From NCBI RefSeq assembly GCF_009914755.1, contig NC_060939.1: DNA of 64,000 nucleotides. One strand, 5' to 3'. Numbering within the stretch: position 1 is the stretch's first letter; every line of letters starts with the position of its first letter. Both the position numbers and the translations under genes were made by a program. This document shows, piece after piece, positions 26,556 to 41,164 of this stretch. The stretch is from the human T2T-CHM13v2.0 reference genome, Homo sapiens. Below the pieces are notes generated by a model. The model did not search any database and had not been told where the DNA came from. It saw only the letters and a program-made list of their open reading frames with translations.

Positions 26556-27290
26556 TGTTACGGGCAGGTCTTTGTTCTTAGAGCTCCCAAGATGTGGCAG
26601 GCCACTCCCAAGATGGCAGCAAGCCTTTTGTTCTCTGACCTGGGGTTCTTGGCCTTATGGATTCCAGAGTTTTATAGCTCTATTAGAAGCCGTAGGTCAC
26701 GGAAGAGAACCATGGAACCCAGCGACTAGTGTTCAGCTCGATTAGGATGAACCTGGGCACTCAGCCGTGCAGGAACAATGGCGAGCCTTTAGCCCAATCG
26801 GAAGCAGCAATGGGCGCCTCGCTGGATCAGGAGCACAGCAGACACCCTGCCAGATCTAGAGGGGTGTCAGTCAGTGGCAGGTCTGCAATGGCAGCCAACA
26901 GCAGTGGTGGACAGCGAGCGAAAGCTCAGCTCAAGCCATAACAAACATGGACCAGAAGAGTGTGCAGTTGCAAGATTTAATAGAGTGAAAATAGAGCTCC
27001 CATACAAGGGAGGGGACCCAAAGGGGGTTGCCCACTCCCGGCTCGAATGCCTGGGTTTATATCCCGATCATTGTCCCTCCGCCTGTGCTCTCAGGCGATA
27101 TATGATTTCACTATTTCTTTACCTCTTGCTTTAGCCTAGTTTGTATTTTAGTGAGCCCTCTTTACTACCTGATTGGTTGGGTGTGAGCTGAGTTACAAGC
27201 CCCGTGTTTAAAGGCAGGTGTGATCACCTTTCCCAGCTAGGCTTAGGAATTCTTAGTCGGCCTAGGAAATCCAGCTAGTCCTGTCTTTCA
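26556..27290 (-). mobile_element. HERV-W solo LTR (LTR17)
   Basis: Reverse complement begins TGAAAGACAGGACTAGCTGGATTTCCTAGGCCGACTAAGAATTCCTAAGCCTAGCTGGGAA; TG...CA termini; 4-bp TSD GTAA at 26552-26555 and 27291-27294. Confidence 0.93.
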
Positions 27291-28602
27291 GTAAGAATGT
27301 AAAATGAAGACACTTTAGAAAACAATTTGGCAGTTCCTCAAATGGTTAAATCCATAGTTACATATGACCCAGTAATTCTATTCCTAGGTACATACCCAAG
27401 AACTGAAAACATGTGTTCACTCCAAAACTTGTACAGGAATGTTCACAGCAGCATCACGCATAACAACCAATGTCCATCATGCGATGCATGGATAAACAAT
27501 GGAATATACAACTGTTTACTGGAATACTATTCAGCCATAAAATGAAATAAAGTATTATTAGATGCTCACAACATAGACGAACCTCAAAAACATTTTGCTA
27601 AATGTTAAGAAAATAGACCACTACCAAAATTCTTTCAAGAGGTAAATGAGTAACAAACTGTGGTGTAGCCACCCACTGGGATACTACCAGGCAATTAAAG
27701 GGGCTAAACTAGGCACATGAAACAACATGGATGAATCTCAAAGGCTTTATGCTGAGTGAAAAAGGCCAGTCTCAAAAGGTTATATGCGGTATAATTCCAT
27801 TCACATAATATTCCGCAAAAGACAAAACTATAGTATGGAGAACTGGTCAGTAGTTGGTGGCTGGCATGGGTTTGAGAGGGGTATCACAAGATGAAGCCAT
27901 TTTACAAGGTAATGAAACTGGTCTCTAACCTGATTTTGGTGATGGTAACAGGAATGGATACATGTATTACAATTCTCAGAACTGTATACCCAGAAAACAA
28001 AAATAAAAACCTAACCACAAACAGAAAGTAAAAACACAGAAATAAGGCCCTCCTTTCCTGACATGCACATTCTTTAGTAACTACGAAAGTAATTTCTTCA
28101 ACTTCAAAAAGCACAAGTTTAACTGATTTATTTCAAGAATGAGCTAATCAATTCTGTATTTATTAAATGCAAATGTTTCCAATGGGTAGATTTAATATGC
28201 TATGGCAGGAGAAAGGTACATTCTATACCCTGAAGTACAAGAATTGATTGTGCAAGCTTGGATGCAAAAAGTAAAATTAAAATTCCATGTACGTGATATA
28301 GTGCTACACCTGGCAAAAAGCTTTTCTGTAGAGTGAACTGAAAGGCACTTGCAAACAACTCAATCATCTGGTTAAAAAAGAAAAGAAAAAATAGGATCAC
28401 AACTCTCTCTTGTTACAGGGAAAGTGTCCATCTTCCAAAAACCAAGGCTCCCCTCACGCTTCTCAAAGATGGTGTCCCTCTTGGACAGCCTCTGACTCTC
28501 CACATCATTCCCTCTTTCCTCCAACCCCCACTGATAAATTCCCACCTTAGAGGCAAGCCACAGCCCACAGACTGCTACTTCTTAATCTCCCCCTGTACAG
28601 AG

Positions 28603-29300
<698 letters not shown>

Positions 29301-31239
29301 GCCAGGCCATGCCCCCGTTTCTCCACACTCTTCAATTTGTTGCCTGCCTGCATCCAATGCCATCCGTATGCACCTGCTCGCTCTGTTTCATCGGCCCAAC
29401 CTTTGCTGGGTTTCAGGACATTTTCTAATTAGTCTGTGAGATCTAAGTAGATGTCCCATTAAAAAGGGGGTTACATGGGAAAATACCTTTGAGAAACACT
29501 GCTTCACATGATGCCCCCCAGCCACCCCACGATCAGCTGATGAGTCTTTAGGAAAACAAATCTGTCTAAAACATTCCTAGAAAAATAATCCCAACAATCA
29601 ATAGTTTGTGTCCCTGTTGTAGGCTCAGGTATTTCACAAAATCCTTCTCATCTTCCCCACTGAAATTTAGTCTCGTGTGAAATGAAACACAGAATTTACT
29701 ACTTTACTCCTAGGTAATTCCCAAGATCACCTGCCTCACTTCCTCCCCAGGGCACAAAATCAGAGATGTGCCAACAGAAGGCATCCACTGCAGACCCTGT
29801 AATCTTGCCACCACCATTCTTCATGAGCCATGGAGAAGCTTATAGAAGCTGGACTCCTCTCCCCAGAAAAATAAACACACACACAACACACAAGGATCTG
29901 TATGTAATCTCAAGGTCTCACCCCAGGAAATTCACCCCAGGGTCCATGAATTCAAAGTAAGCCCCCCTCAGTAAGGATGCTTCAGCGGACCCCTCTGATT
30001 CACAGGGGTCTCCATTCTCACGGGCTTGCTGGTTTCGCTGCTAAGATTATGACAAACTAGGGCTGATGAGACCTTGCTTCACTCCAGCAACACACCAGTG
30101 CACCATAACTGAGGCCTCTCTGCACACATCCGCCCTGCAGACACCGTGCATTCATCCATTTGGCAAACACTCACTGAGCTCCCCTACCTTCCAGGTGCTG
30201 TGCTAGGTGAAGGTGACAAACTCCATGATCCTTGCCCTGGGGAGCAGACCTCCTGGTGAACAGACGCAAACAATAAGCACAACAAATGACAGGTTGTGAT
30301 GGCATTATACCAAAATTCAAGGGGTCATCTGACGGGGTCAGATCCTTGATATTGGGTGGTCCGTAGTATCATGTGACAGCATCTGAGATTGCATTCCATA
30401 AAAATCCCATCAAGATTTGTAAAACCTCAAAGTCCTTCAAAATAAGAAGATACAGTCTCAATGTTAAAGGCTGACCAAAAAAAAAAAAAAATAGGATGAG
30501 TTGGAAGAGAAGCTGCATGTCCTTCCAAACTAATGAAGTGATGCTCCTCCTCTTGGCTCCCCACTCCCAGTAGAAATCCAGCCGCTAGTACCCAAGTGAG
30601 AGTGACACATTCCTGCCTAGCAAGCCTACAGTACAGACCATCTGGTCCACTGGCCTTGTGCCCACTTGAAAGATAACAAGCCAGTTTCCAATGATAAAGG
30701 AACCCAAAAATAAAGATGTAAAAACAGAGCCCCTGAAATGAGTCAAATGATACTTCCTCACCAAACACATCTTCTGATAGCAAATCAAGTCCAAAGGTCT
30801 CATTACAAAGAACTGTAATTCTAGATAGTAGGATTAGCTCCACCATGAAATCTATATGCCAACGCTCTTTCGTAATTCACTTAAAGGCCCACTCACAGGT
30901 AATTCACTTAATTTCAGATCTCTGCACTTGAAAATCACATTTTTTGTGTTTCAAATGGAACTGTCTAAACTCCATCCATCGCAGAACAGTTATATAGATT
31001 ATGTTCATAAAATTTTGTATATACAACCATTAAAAATAACTGGGTAAAACTATGTTACTCAAGTGATATGTATTGTTTTATCTGCGTAAAACTCTATTCT
31101 TCTTGTAAATTCTCCTTTGTCCCATGTGATTGTACTTGAAACTTCCAATTATACTCTTTCTAGCCCTTCCCCAGCCACTGTGGCTAGTCCAGAGATAGGA
31201 CCATGACATGAAACCAGCCTATTTGAGTCTTCCCTGGGA

Positions 31240-32027
31240 TTCTCCAACCTGCAAAACAAAAGCCTCTTGCATGTCCGGTCAAGGAGCTGTGGGCACATAA
31301 GCTCCCAAGAGCTGCAAGTGGCAGAGGGTCCACATAAAGGTGGGGTTGTGAGGGCGTGGAGGGGTGTGTGAGGGTGTGGAGGGGTGGGGGCGTGGAGGGG
31401 TGTGGGGGGCGTGGAGGGATGTGGGGGGGCGTGGAGGGGTGTGGGAGGCGTGGAGGGGAGTGGGGGGGAGTGGAGGGGCATGTGGGGGCATGGGGGACGT
31501 GGGAGGCATGGAGGGGTGTGGGGGGGCGTGGAGGGGTGTGGGGGCGTGGAGGGGTGTGTGAGGGTGTGGAGGGGTGTGTGAGGGTGTGGAGGGGTGTGTG
31601 GTAGCTAATCCAGTAAAGGCACAGGAAGGCTACGCCTCACTCAGTTTCTGAGTATCTTCTCTATGAAGTCAAAAGAAGTTTGAGGATGATTGGTGCCATT
31701 GGTGAGGCAGGTTAAGCATGGTTAGGACTGGCTAGTTTGAAGAATCCAGCAGCCTCTGGGCTGGAGGGGCTGTCATGAGTTGTCTGGTACCTGGCTCTGA
31801 GGTGTTTAGGGCTGGTGGACCGTGGCCTAGAAGGTGAGAGCCAGAAGAAGTGCTGGGGAACTGGGCTCTAGGCTGGCTGGTTTGCATTCTGAAAGGCTCA
31901 CTCACAGGTGAGCCATTACCACCTGCAGGAATCAGCTAGCCTGGGAGGGACAGTCCCTCCAGCATCAGCAAGGCCCCAGATGCCAGAGCACCCAAATATA
32001 CAGAATAAAAGGGCACAATGAACACAC
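31240..32027 (-). mobile_element. ERVL LTR (MER73/MER74 group) containing a G-rich VNTR
   Basis: 'gttgtctggtacctggc...ggtttgcattctgaaagg...gctagcctgggagggacagtccctccagcatcagcaaggccccagatgccagagca' matches the recalled reverse MER73/74 5' half. Confidence 0.65.
31347..31600 (+). repeat. G-rich minisatellite, ~19-20 bp unit (GGAGGGGTGTG(T/G)G(A/G)GG(G)(C/T)GT), about 13 copies
   Basis: Seen directly. Confidence 0.92.
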
Positions 32028-32584
32028 ACCAAAACCTTGTCTCACAGAGAATGACACCTAGAGTGGCTGATTGACTTGACCAAGCTCAAATGAGCTAATA
32101 AAATTTCTACCTTAGGGTTTACACAGCACTTACAAACTACCTCATTTTAGATATAGCAAAAACTCTAAAACATCACAGGTTTATGGCCATTCTGAATCTC
32201 AGGAAAACCGAAGGTCAGAGAAGTTAAGCGGTGTTTCTTTAGTCATCTGACTAAAGACAAACAGAGCTAAAATGAAGCTACATCTTCTTGTCTAGCCTTT
32301 TGCATGGATTCTTCACCACACGGCCTCTGCAGACCTCAGGCCCCACCTAAAGCTCCATTCTGATGGATGAAGCCCAGGGCCCCTCGTGCTTATAAGTCTT
32401 GGTTGGGGTGGTCTTTCCCGCTCACATCTCCCATGCTCGGATGTACGGAAGGCGCCTAGGTGGGGAGGGGACGCTCCAGAAAATGCAAAGCTCTTCCGAA
32501 CAAGGCTTTAGTATCCACCTGCAGCTGCCTTCTCACCCTAGGGAACTGGACTGAACAACTTAGTGCTCCCTGAGCCTCGCCCAG

Positions 32585-33150
32585 AGCAATGGTTCTCTGG
32601 GAATCTGTGCGGGTGCTGGGTTGTCATAATGGCTGTGTAGTTCCTGACCTATGGGGAAAAGTGGCCAGGGATGGTAGCCATCCATCTATGCAAGGAGTGT
32701 TAACCTTTACGTGTTAATGTAGGTGAAACACCAACTTATAATAATCACAACCTAAAACTTGCTTCCACTTTTAACCTCCAGGAGTTTTCTCATTGTTTTT
32801 ATATACACTAAGGTGCCCGGCACTGCAACTACCAGATCGATCAAGCGAACTCCAACGTGTCTGGAACTCTACCAAGAGCGGTTCACCACTTTGGAAAATC
32901 ATGTCCCCATTGACAAGGACACTCCAGTGCAACATCCTGTCCTGCTGTGCGGCTGCCGTCATGTCTGTGGTGATGGGTGGAGGTGCAAGCACCCAGTCGT
33001 TCCCTGTGTCTCCCAGTGGTCAACATGCCTAAGCACAGAAACATACATTATTTTCAGTGAAAATTACATTTAGGGCTTTGTAATGCTTTTTGGAATCGTA
33101 AGTGAGAATACGGTGCACTTTCTATGACTTCCATTTGGGGATATAGCAAA
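32585..33150. mobile_element. hAT-Charlie fossil (MER20B-like)
   Basis: 'ggaactctaccaagagcggttcaccactttggaaaatcatgtc...aggtgcaagcacc' resembles the recalled MER20B/Charlie internal sequence; 'caatggttctc' terminus. Confidence 0.55.
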
Positions 33151-33894
33151 AACATCATGACAAAGGGCTGTGGATCTGACAGAGTTCCAACCACAGGCCC
33201 AGAGCAGACTCTGGCCAGACACCTCCTGTAGCCTTTCCTTTGAGCCCTGTCCTTGATCTCGATCCAGTTAGCATTTCAAGGTTCAAATGCAGACCCATCC
33301 CAAAACGGTGCCGCACCCAAGTCTGGGACCAATGACGGAGAGAAGAGGGAGGCACCTGCCTGCATTCTTCCCCTCAGTGGCTCTGGCCACACATGGAGTC
33401 GTGGGCTCCCCTGTGCACTGTTCTCAGCCTCAGGTAGGCTGTGTTCTACCTTCCCCCCAGTTTTCTTCTTACCTACGAGGGCTCTTGATTTCTCCTGACT
33501 TTGCAAATCCTTTATGCGTGACAGTCTCGCCTTGAGAAGACAGGGAGGTAGGGGACGGGAAGCCAGCAATTTTACCCACTACTGATTCATTCAAGAAACA
33601 CAAATCTGAATGCCTACTATTCATTTTACCAGGGCTCTTTGCAGACACGCCAGACTTTCAAACTAGCCATCATCATTTAACATCTTTCAGGATTTCACAT
33701 TAGAAGCTTTTGGTAACTGAAAGTGGACTGGTGTGGGGGAGGGCCAGGTCCCACTCTGACAAGGGCCTAGAAGACAGGCCAACTCCTGTCTGAGGTCTGA
33801 AACTGGGCAGAACATGAAGGGCAGCCCTGGGGAGGGCCAACCATGGGGACGGAAGGCAAAAGGCTGTGGGAAACCCATTTTTAAATTTTTTAAT

Positions 33895-34470
<576 letters not shown>

Positions 34471-36433
34471 CCTCAGATTCTAATTTTTACCCTATATTAC
34501 ACAGAGCAATTTTGAATTTATTTCGCTAAACTGTGACCTAGAGAAAATATTTTATTCAGAAAACATCACTGGTAAACAAACAGCTCAGGAAGTGATCTGT
34601 GTTTACTAAAACTTTGAAATATATTTTACACATATTCTGCATTAAAATCTGATTAAAATGTAGTTATACAAAGAGACAGTGTTTTCTGATTTGTAGCATT
34701 CATGGCCGAGATACACTATTTAAAAATGCACTTGATTTAGGCATTTATTCAAAATCATAAGCATAAAACATGATCATACCTTCCTACTGGCAGACACAAA
34801 ACTGGTGCATCCCACACACTTGTTTGAGTAATTACAACACCAGCTGTTCTAGCACCTACCGAGAGAAGCTGCAACTCAGACTGACTCCTGGTCACTGATG
34901 TGCCAAACAGCATCATCTTCTAACCAAAAATGAAAATCTCACTTTGATAAATGGGTTGTCCAAGTTAAATTAGCTAAACCAATGCTTAAGTCTAAGTTCC
35001 AATTTTTAAAACTTTCTGTATATGCTATACTAGCAAATGTGGATTTATCTGATTTTAACACAAAAAGGAGAGACTGCCAATAGAATTGATTTCTGCTAGA
35101 TTTTAAAATCTACAAAACCTGAGATCTCCCCAAGAATTAAAGGCAATTCTCAGGTTGAAATATTTATGAAACATACAAATTTCAATGGCATTTCACAGAA
35201 AATAAATATAAAGCATTAAATAGCAAGACAAAGATTACAGCCAAGACTCTCAACTATCCAACTGAAACTCACTTCCATATTTACCACCCAAAGACAGCAG
35301 ACCCTCCATGTGCTGGAGCCTCTACAGGAGGAAGGGGAAATGGCCATGTGCTCAGTGTGTGTTCCAATCCAGGGATTGTACACAGGCTACTTTATTCAAT
35401 TTTCTCTGACTCTGGATTTCCCACAGGATAGGCTTCGTAGCAGCACTCTACAGTTGGGGAAACTGAGGCCTGGCAACTCCCCTAAAGGCTGCCCAGCCAG
35501 GAAGCACCCGCCCAGCAGGTCTGACGAGGCCTCCATTCTCTTGCAGTGCGCTATGTCTATCCACTCCAAAAGCCACAGCACACACAACTTCAACTCTCCA
35601 GAAAATGTCCAGTCACCCTGTCTATATTTTTCTTGTTTCATAAAAATTACGCATTTTGGTTGGAGTAGACTTATGACCAGAAAGAGGCTCTCTGCAAAGC
35701 AGATGCTGCACTTGCAATGGTGGGATGAAGGGGGATGGAATGCAATAGCTTGAAAAGTGACCGGGACACAGCAGCTGGACTAGACTCGGGGATAAGAAAT
35801 ACCTCTCTATTTTTCCCCAAAGTTAAATATTTCTAAGCTTCCACCTGTTCACCTGGTGAGAAATAGCATTTCTTCATGGAGTACAAGAGTCTTAAGTGGT
35901 ATATGCAACCCAGAAAATTTGGCAAACGGTCCATGATGATCACCATTGAGCTCCCTGCCCATAAGGTCCATTGTAGAGGCCCTGACCCTGGAAAGTGTTC
36001 TGTCTGCAGACATCTGTGGCCATCCTCACCTTGGAATTTCCCCTTCTTAGACGAGCCAGTCTGACATCAGTAAAAAACAGAAGTCAGGCATTTCTCCCCT
36101 GTAGAAAGGGAACCTCCCATTCTGGCAGACCAAGATTCAACACTCTCTTGGAAAGGAAGAAGGGAAATACCACTCATGCCTGCAATGAGCCAACAGCAGA
36201 CCCCAGTAGGCCCAAACAATGAGAAACAGGACAGAGTTTGGGTTTGCTTTACATCTATTCCATTGTGAAATGCCAGGGCCCCAGGACTCCCCACGGCTCA
36301 GGAACGTATGGAGATGCATTAGGTGGCAATATGTGCTGCTGCCTATAGAAACGATATGTGACCCACAGAAAGAGTGTCATATGTCCAACCTAACACCACA
36401 CCAGTGGGTCACATCTGCAAGTGCCCCTTGGCC

Positions 36434-36464
<31 letters not shown>

Positions 36465-37288
36465 AGGATATGTAGCCTTGCTCTCCTTCCTAATCAGGAG
36501 CTCACCGGAACGTGGGAGCCAACCAAACCAAACTGTGGCTCCAGCTTTTACAACCCTAACTACTGGGAATCTATTTTCTCGCTGGAGTGTCTGAGAGGAT
36601 GGAGAAATACACACTAAAAAGGGTTCCGTGGAGATATTGGATTTAGACTTTATAAATGTGGCTCATGAATTCCAACACCCAAAATGGAAAACTGGGCTTC
36701 CAGGATATTATACTGTTTTGTACTTAGCTACTTTATTTATACCCCTCCTGGTTCTGAAGAATATTTAACAGGTTTTATTTCACCATGAAAAAAAGGGTTG
36801 CTTTAGCAACAGGGCAAACAAGTATACTTCTTAAATGTCTATAAATGACCCAGATTAGTCTCCAAGTTTGTAAAATACTTAATCTCTTTCAGCAATGAAA
36901 TGCCAAGATAAGAGTAAATTCCAAAAATTCTTTTGAGGGCATGAGGGCTTACTTATTGTTAAGTAGGAGATGAGCTAAGCCTCTGGTACTCTCGGTCCAC
37001 AGAGGCACCCTATAAAAACGTGGCAAGCCCAGGGCGAGGCATCATGGAATGGACCCTGAATTCTACCTCAGTGGTGCCAATTCCTGAGACCTTGTTACCA
37101 CAATGTGGCCAGGCACAAAGTTTTCACTGGCCAAGACAAAAATAAGAATAGTTCCCAGCACAAAAAAAGGCACCAATAAGTATCTGTAGACTGATGGACT
37201 GATAAGTGAATGACTGATACTGTATACTTTTCAAAAGTCAAGAGATAATTTATTACATGTGAAGAACAATCCTTAAAAATAAAGCTGG

Positions 37289-37600
37289 GGCCAGGCATGG
37301 TGGCTCACGCCTGTAATCCCAGCATTTTGGGAGGCTGATGCAGGAAGATCACTTGAGATCAGGAGTTTGAGACAGCCTGGGCAACACAGGGAGACCTCGC
37401 CTCTATAAAAAAAAGAACTTAAAAACTAGCCGGGCATGGTGGGGCAAGCCTGTAGTCCTAGCTGCTCAGGAGGCTGAGGCAGCACAATCGCTTGAGCCCA
37501 GGAGTTCAAGGCTGCAGTGGGCTATGACTGTGCCGTTTGCACTCCAGCCTGGGCAACAGAGCAAGACATCATCTCTAAAAAAATAATAATAAAAATAAAG
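37289..37600 (+). mobile_element. AluJ-like SINE
   Basis: Alu dimer with A-rich tail. Confidence 0.9.
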
Positions 37601-37726
37601 TAAAAAGCTAAAGTTGAACCTGAGAGTGTCCCTTATAACATTCTCCTAATAAAATCTTTTTCTTTGTATAATAAAATGGTGTGATAAAAGACAATAGTTT
37701 CAGTGTGAATAAAAACTAAACAGTAA

Positions 37727-38025
37727 GGCCAGGCATGGTGGCTCATGCCTGTAATCCCACAACTTTGGGAGGCTAAGGCAGGGGGACTGCTTGAGTCTTG
37801 AGCCCAGGAGTTCAAGACTAGCCTGGTGAGACCCTGTCTCTACAAAGAAAAAAAAATTTTTTTAATTAGCCAGGTATGGTGATAAGCACCTATAGTCCCA
37901 GCTAGTCGGGAAGCTGAAGCAGGAAGATCACTCGAGCCTGGGAGTGCGGGATGCAATGAGCTGTGATTGTGTCACTGCACTCTAGCCTGGGCGATAAAGC
38001 AAGACCCTGTCTCAAAAAACAAACT
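37727..38025 (+). mobile_element. AluJ-like SINE
   Basis: Alu dimer with A-rich tail. Confidence 0.9.
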
Positions 38026-38068
38026 ACCCAAAAAGTTAGCAACTTTATGTCTGAACCCCAAATATTCT

Positions 38069-38139
38069 TTTTTTTTTTTGAGACAGAGTCTCACTCTATC
38101 GGCCAGGCTGGAGTGCAGTGGTGTGATCTCGGCTCACCA
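38069..38139 (-). mobile_element. Severely 5'-truncated Alu (3' ~60 nt plus tail)
   Basis: Perfect 16-bp TSD gaaccccaaatattct at 38053-38068 and 38140-38155. Confidence 0.9.
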
Positions 38140-38721
38140 GAACCCCAAATATTCTCGAACTTTCATTTTAACTACAAAATCTGACAGTGTGAGAACCACT
38201 GCTTGAAGCACTGGCTACAATCCCAGGAAGAAGAGTGGAAATCCAAGACACAGGGGCTAGTCGGAAAACATTCCCCAAAGGCAGGGAGGCAGACCCAGGC
38301 GGCAGAGGAGCCTGCCCAACAGCCACGTTCCCTCTTCCCTCGGACAGATCCCCAGCTTTGTTAGAGGATCCTTTTCCCATGTGACTCAAGGTCAAGTGAA
38401 TCTACCTCCCACTCTAAGAAAAGGTCAGTATTAGCTAATTCCCCTTGCCAGTGATTGGTTCAGGGATGATCACATGACTTAGGTCTGACCACTGAGGGGA
38501 AGTCTGGTGGGGGGCTTCTAGGAAAGATTTCCTTGCCACTAAGAAGAGACACAGGGATCAGTAACCCCTCTTCTTTTGTGTACATGTGTCCTCTGATTCT
38601 GGTGCCTAAAACTACAGCAGCCTTCTAGCTGGATTCAGGTTAAATTAAGATACTCTTACCAGCAGAGCAGAAAGATGGAAAACACATGGGTACTTGATAA
38701 TGTCACCGAGGCACTACATTA

Positions 38722-39385
<664 letters not shown>

Positions 39386-39859
39386 CTTCTTTCTTCTGGA
39401 CCTTTTTATGTGTACGTAACATAATATATGTATACTATGTAAATTAATAAATTTTCCTTCTGCTTAAGCCACTTTGAGTGATGATGTCAGTAATTGCGAT
39501 TGAAGGCAACTCGATCAACTGGTCCCAAGGGAGGGGACTACCAAGCAGAGAAAGGGTCCTAAAGGAGCCAATGCCCACTAGAGTCCACGCACCGCTTTAA
39601 CCAGCCAGCACCAACATCCTTCCTTCATCCCAAACTCACACCGCCAGACACAAACACAAATTGCTGCTCCACACAGCATGCCGTTATCCTTATATATACA
39701 ACCAAAAGCACACACCACAAATTCTAGAACAAGTGCAGGACCTCAGGAGAGGTCCACTTCCCCTTTGGTTTCCTCCTGATTCTTCTTTTAGTCTAATGTA
39801 GAGATTAAACTGTAAAGCTGAGGACCAGCCACGCACCCTATATACAGTACATGCAAATC

Positions 39860-40505
39860 CAACTATTTCTCCTCAAACCCTTGGCCTGGCCCAGGGCCCC
39901 ACCATCTCTCTCTGGATCATTGCATTAGCCTCCTAACTGGAATCTCCACTTTGCGACCCTGGCCCTCCTTCAAAGCACTCTACAGAGCTGCCAGGATGAT
40001 CCGGTTAGAATAAGTTAGGTCAGGTCACTCCTCTGCTCAAAACCCTCCAGTAGCTCCTGTTTCATTCAGAGAAAAAGCCACCGTCCTCCCAGTGACTCAG
40101 GAGGCCCCTACTGATGGGGATCCCTGTCCCATCATTGTTTCCCATTGCTCCCCCTCTTCCTCACTGCACTCCGCTGGCCTCCTTGCTGTCCTGTGAACAA
40201 CCCAAGGCGGTTCCTGCCTTGGCCTCTGCACTTGCTCTGCCCTTCTCCACACTTCTGCAGGTCGCTACTGAAAAATCACCTCATTAATGAGGGCTTCCCT
40301 AGCCATCCTTTCTACAAAGGGGCCTTCCCAACCCCTTTCCACTGACCCTTCACACCCCTTCTCCTGGATTTAACAATACGTTTTATTTATGTGGCATGTT
40401 CATTGTCCACTAGAATGCACGCTGTAGGAGGGTGGGGATTTTTGCCAACCTTGCTACATCCCACAGCAGTGTCTGGGATAGGGTCTGCCACATGCTTGAA
40501 TGAGG
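39860..40505. mobile_element. L2 3' fragment
   Basis: 'agcctcctaactgg...caggtcactcctctgctcaaaaccctccagtagctcc...cactagaatgcacgctgtaggagggtgggga'. Confidence 0.75.
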
Positions 40506-40837
40506 GAGAGGGAGGAAAGAAGAGGTGGGTGACTATGCATGTGGTTGGTTAGGTCACTTAGCACGGCCTTGTGTTTTGTCCCAGTCATGTTCAGCTGGGC
40601 AGCTACAGGCCTGGAGGAAGCAGAGAGTTCAATTCAGCAGGGCTGGAGTTTTGCCAACAGAGTATAAGGAAGGAGAGAAGAGCCAGAGAGCTGAAGAGGC
40701 AAACGATGACTGATCATAATGGCTGAACTCGGAAATTATTATAAGTTAGGTAAAGAAGGAAGTGAGGGCATGAAGAGAGGACAACATGAAAAGATAATCA
40801 AAGGTTTATAGATCAGTGTGGGGTTTAAGATCTTTTG

Positions 40838-41164
<327 letters not shown>

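Larger units (their letters stand above)
22790..28020 (+). mobile_element. Cluster of old L1M fragments (ORF2, 5' region, 3' UTR) with nested insertions
   Basis: Degenerate ORF2 peptides (e.g. 'KDSLFNKWCWKNWISI', 'SKLIKDLNIR') and L1M 3' UTRs; at least two different L1 copies. Confidence 0.8.

Noticed and set aside
28200-28400. Strong minus-strand acceptor followed by ATG ORF (MIELFASAF...)
   Set aside because: No convincing donor downstream and no recognisable protein similarity.
31347-31600. Repeat array as CRISPR-like
   Set aside because: No unique spacers, eukaryotic context; ordinary minisatellite.
32759-33073. Coding-looking, CpG-containing stretch with overlapping ORFs
   Set aside because: Matches the recalled MER20B/Charlie transposon interior; no consistent splice-site pair or recognisable peptide.
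36433-36462. Isolated ~30-nt poly(A) as the tail of a processed pseudogene or orphan transduction
   Set aside because: No upstream poly(A) signal, no clean TSD and no recognisable body.
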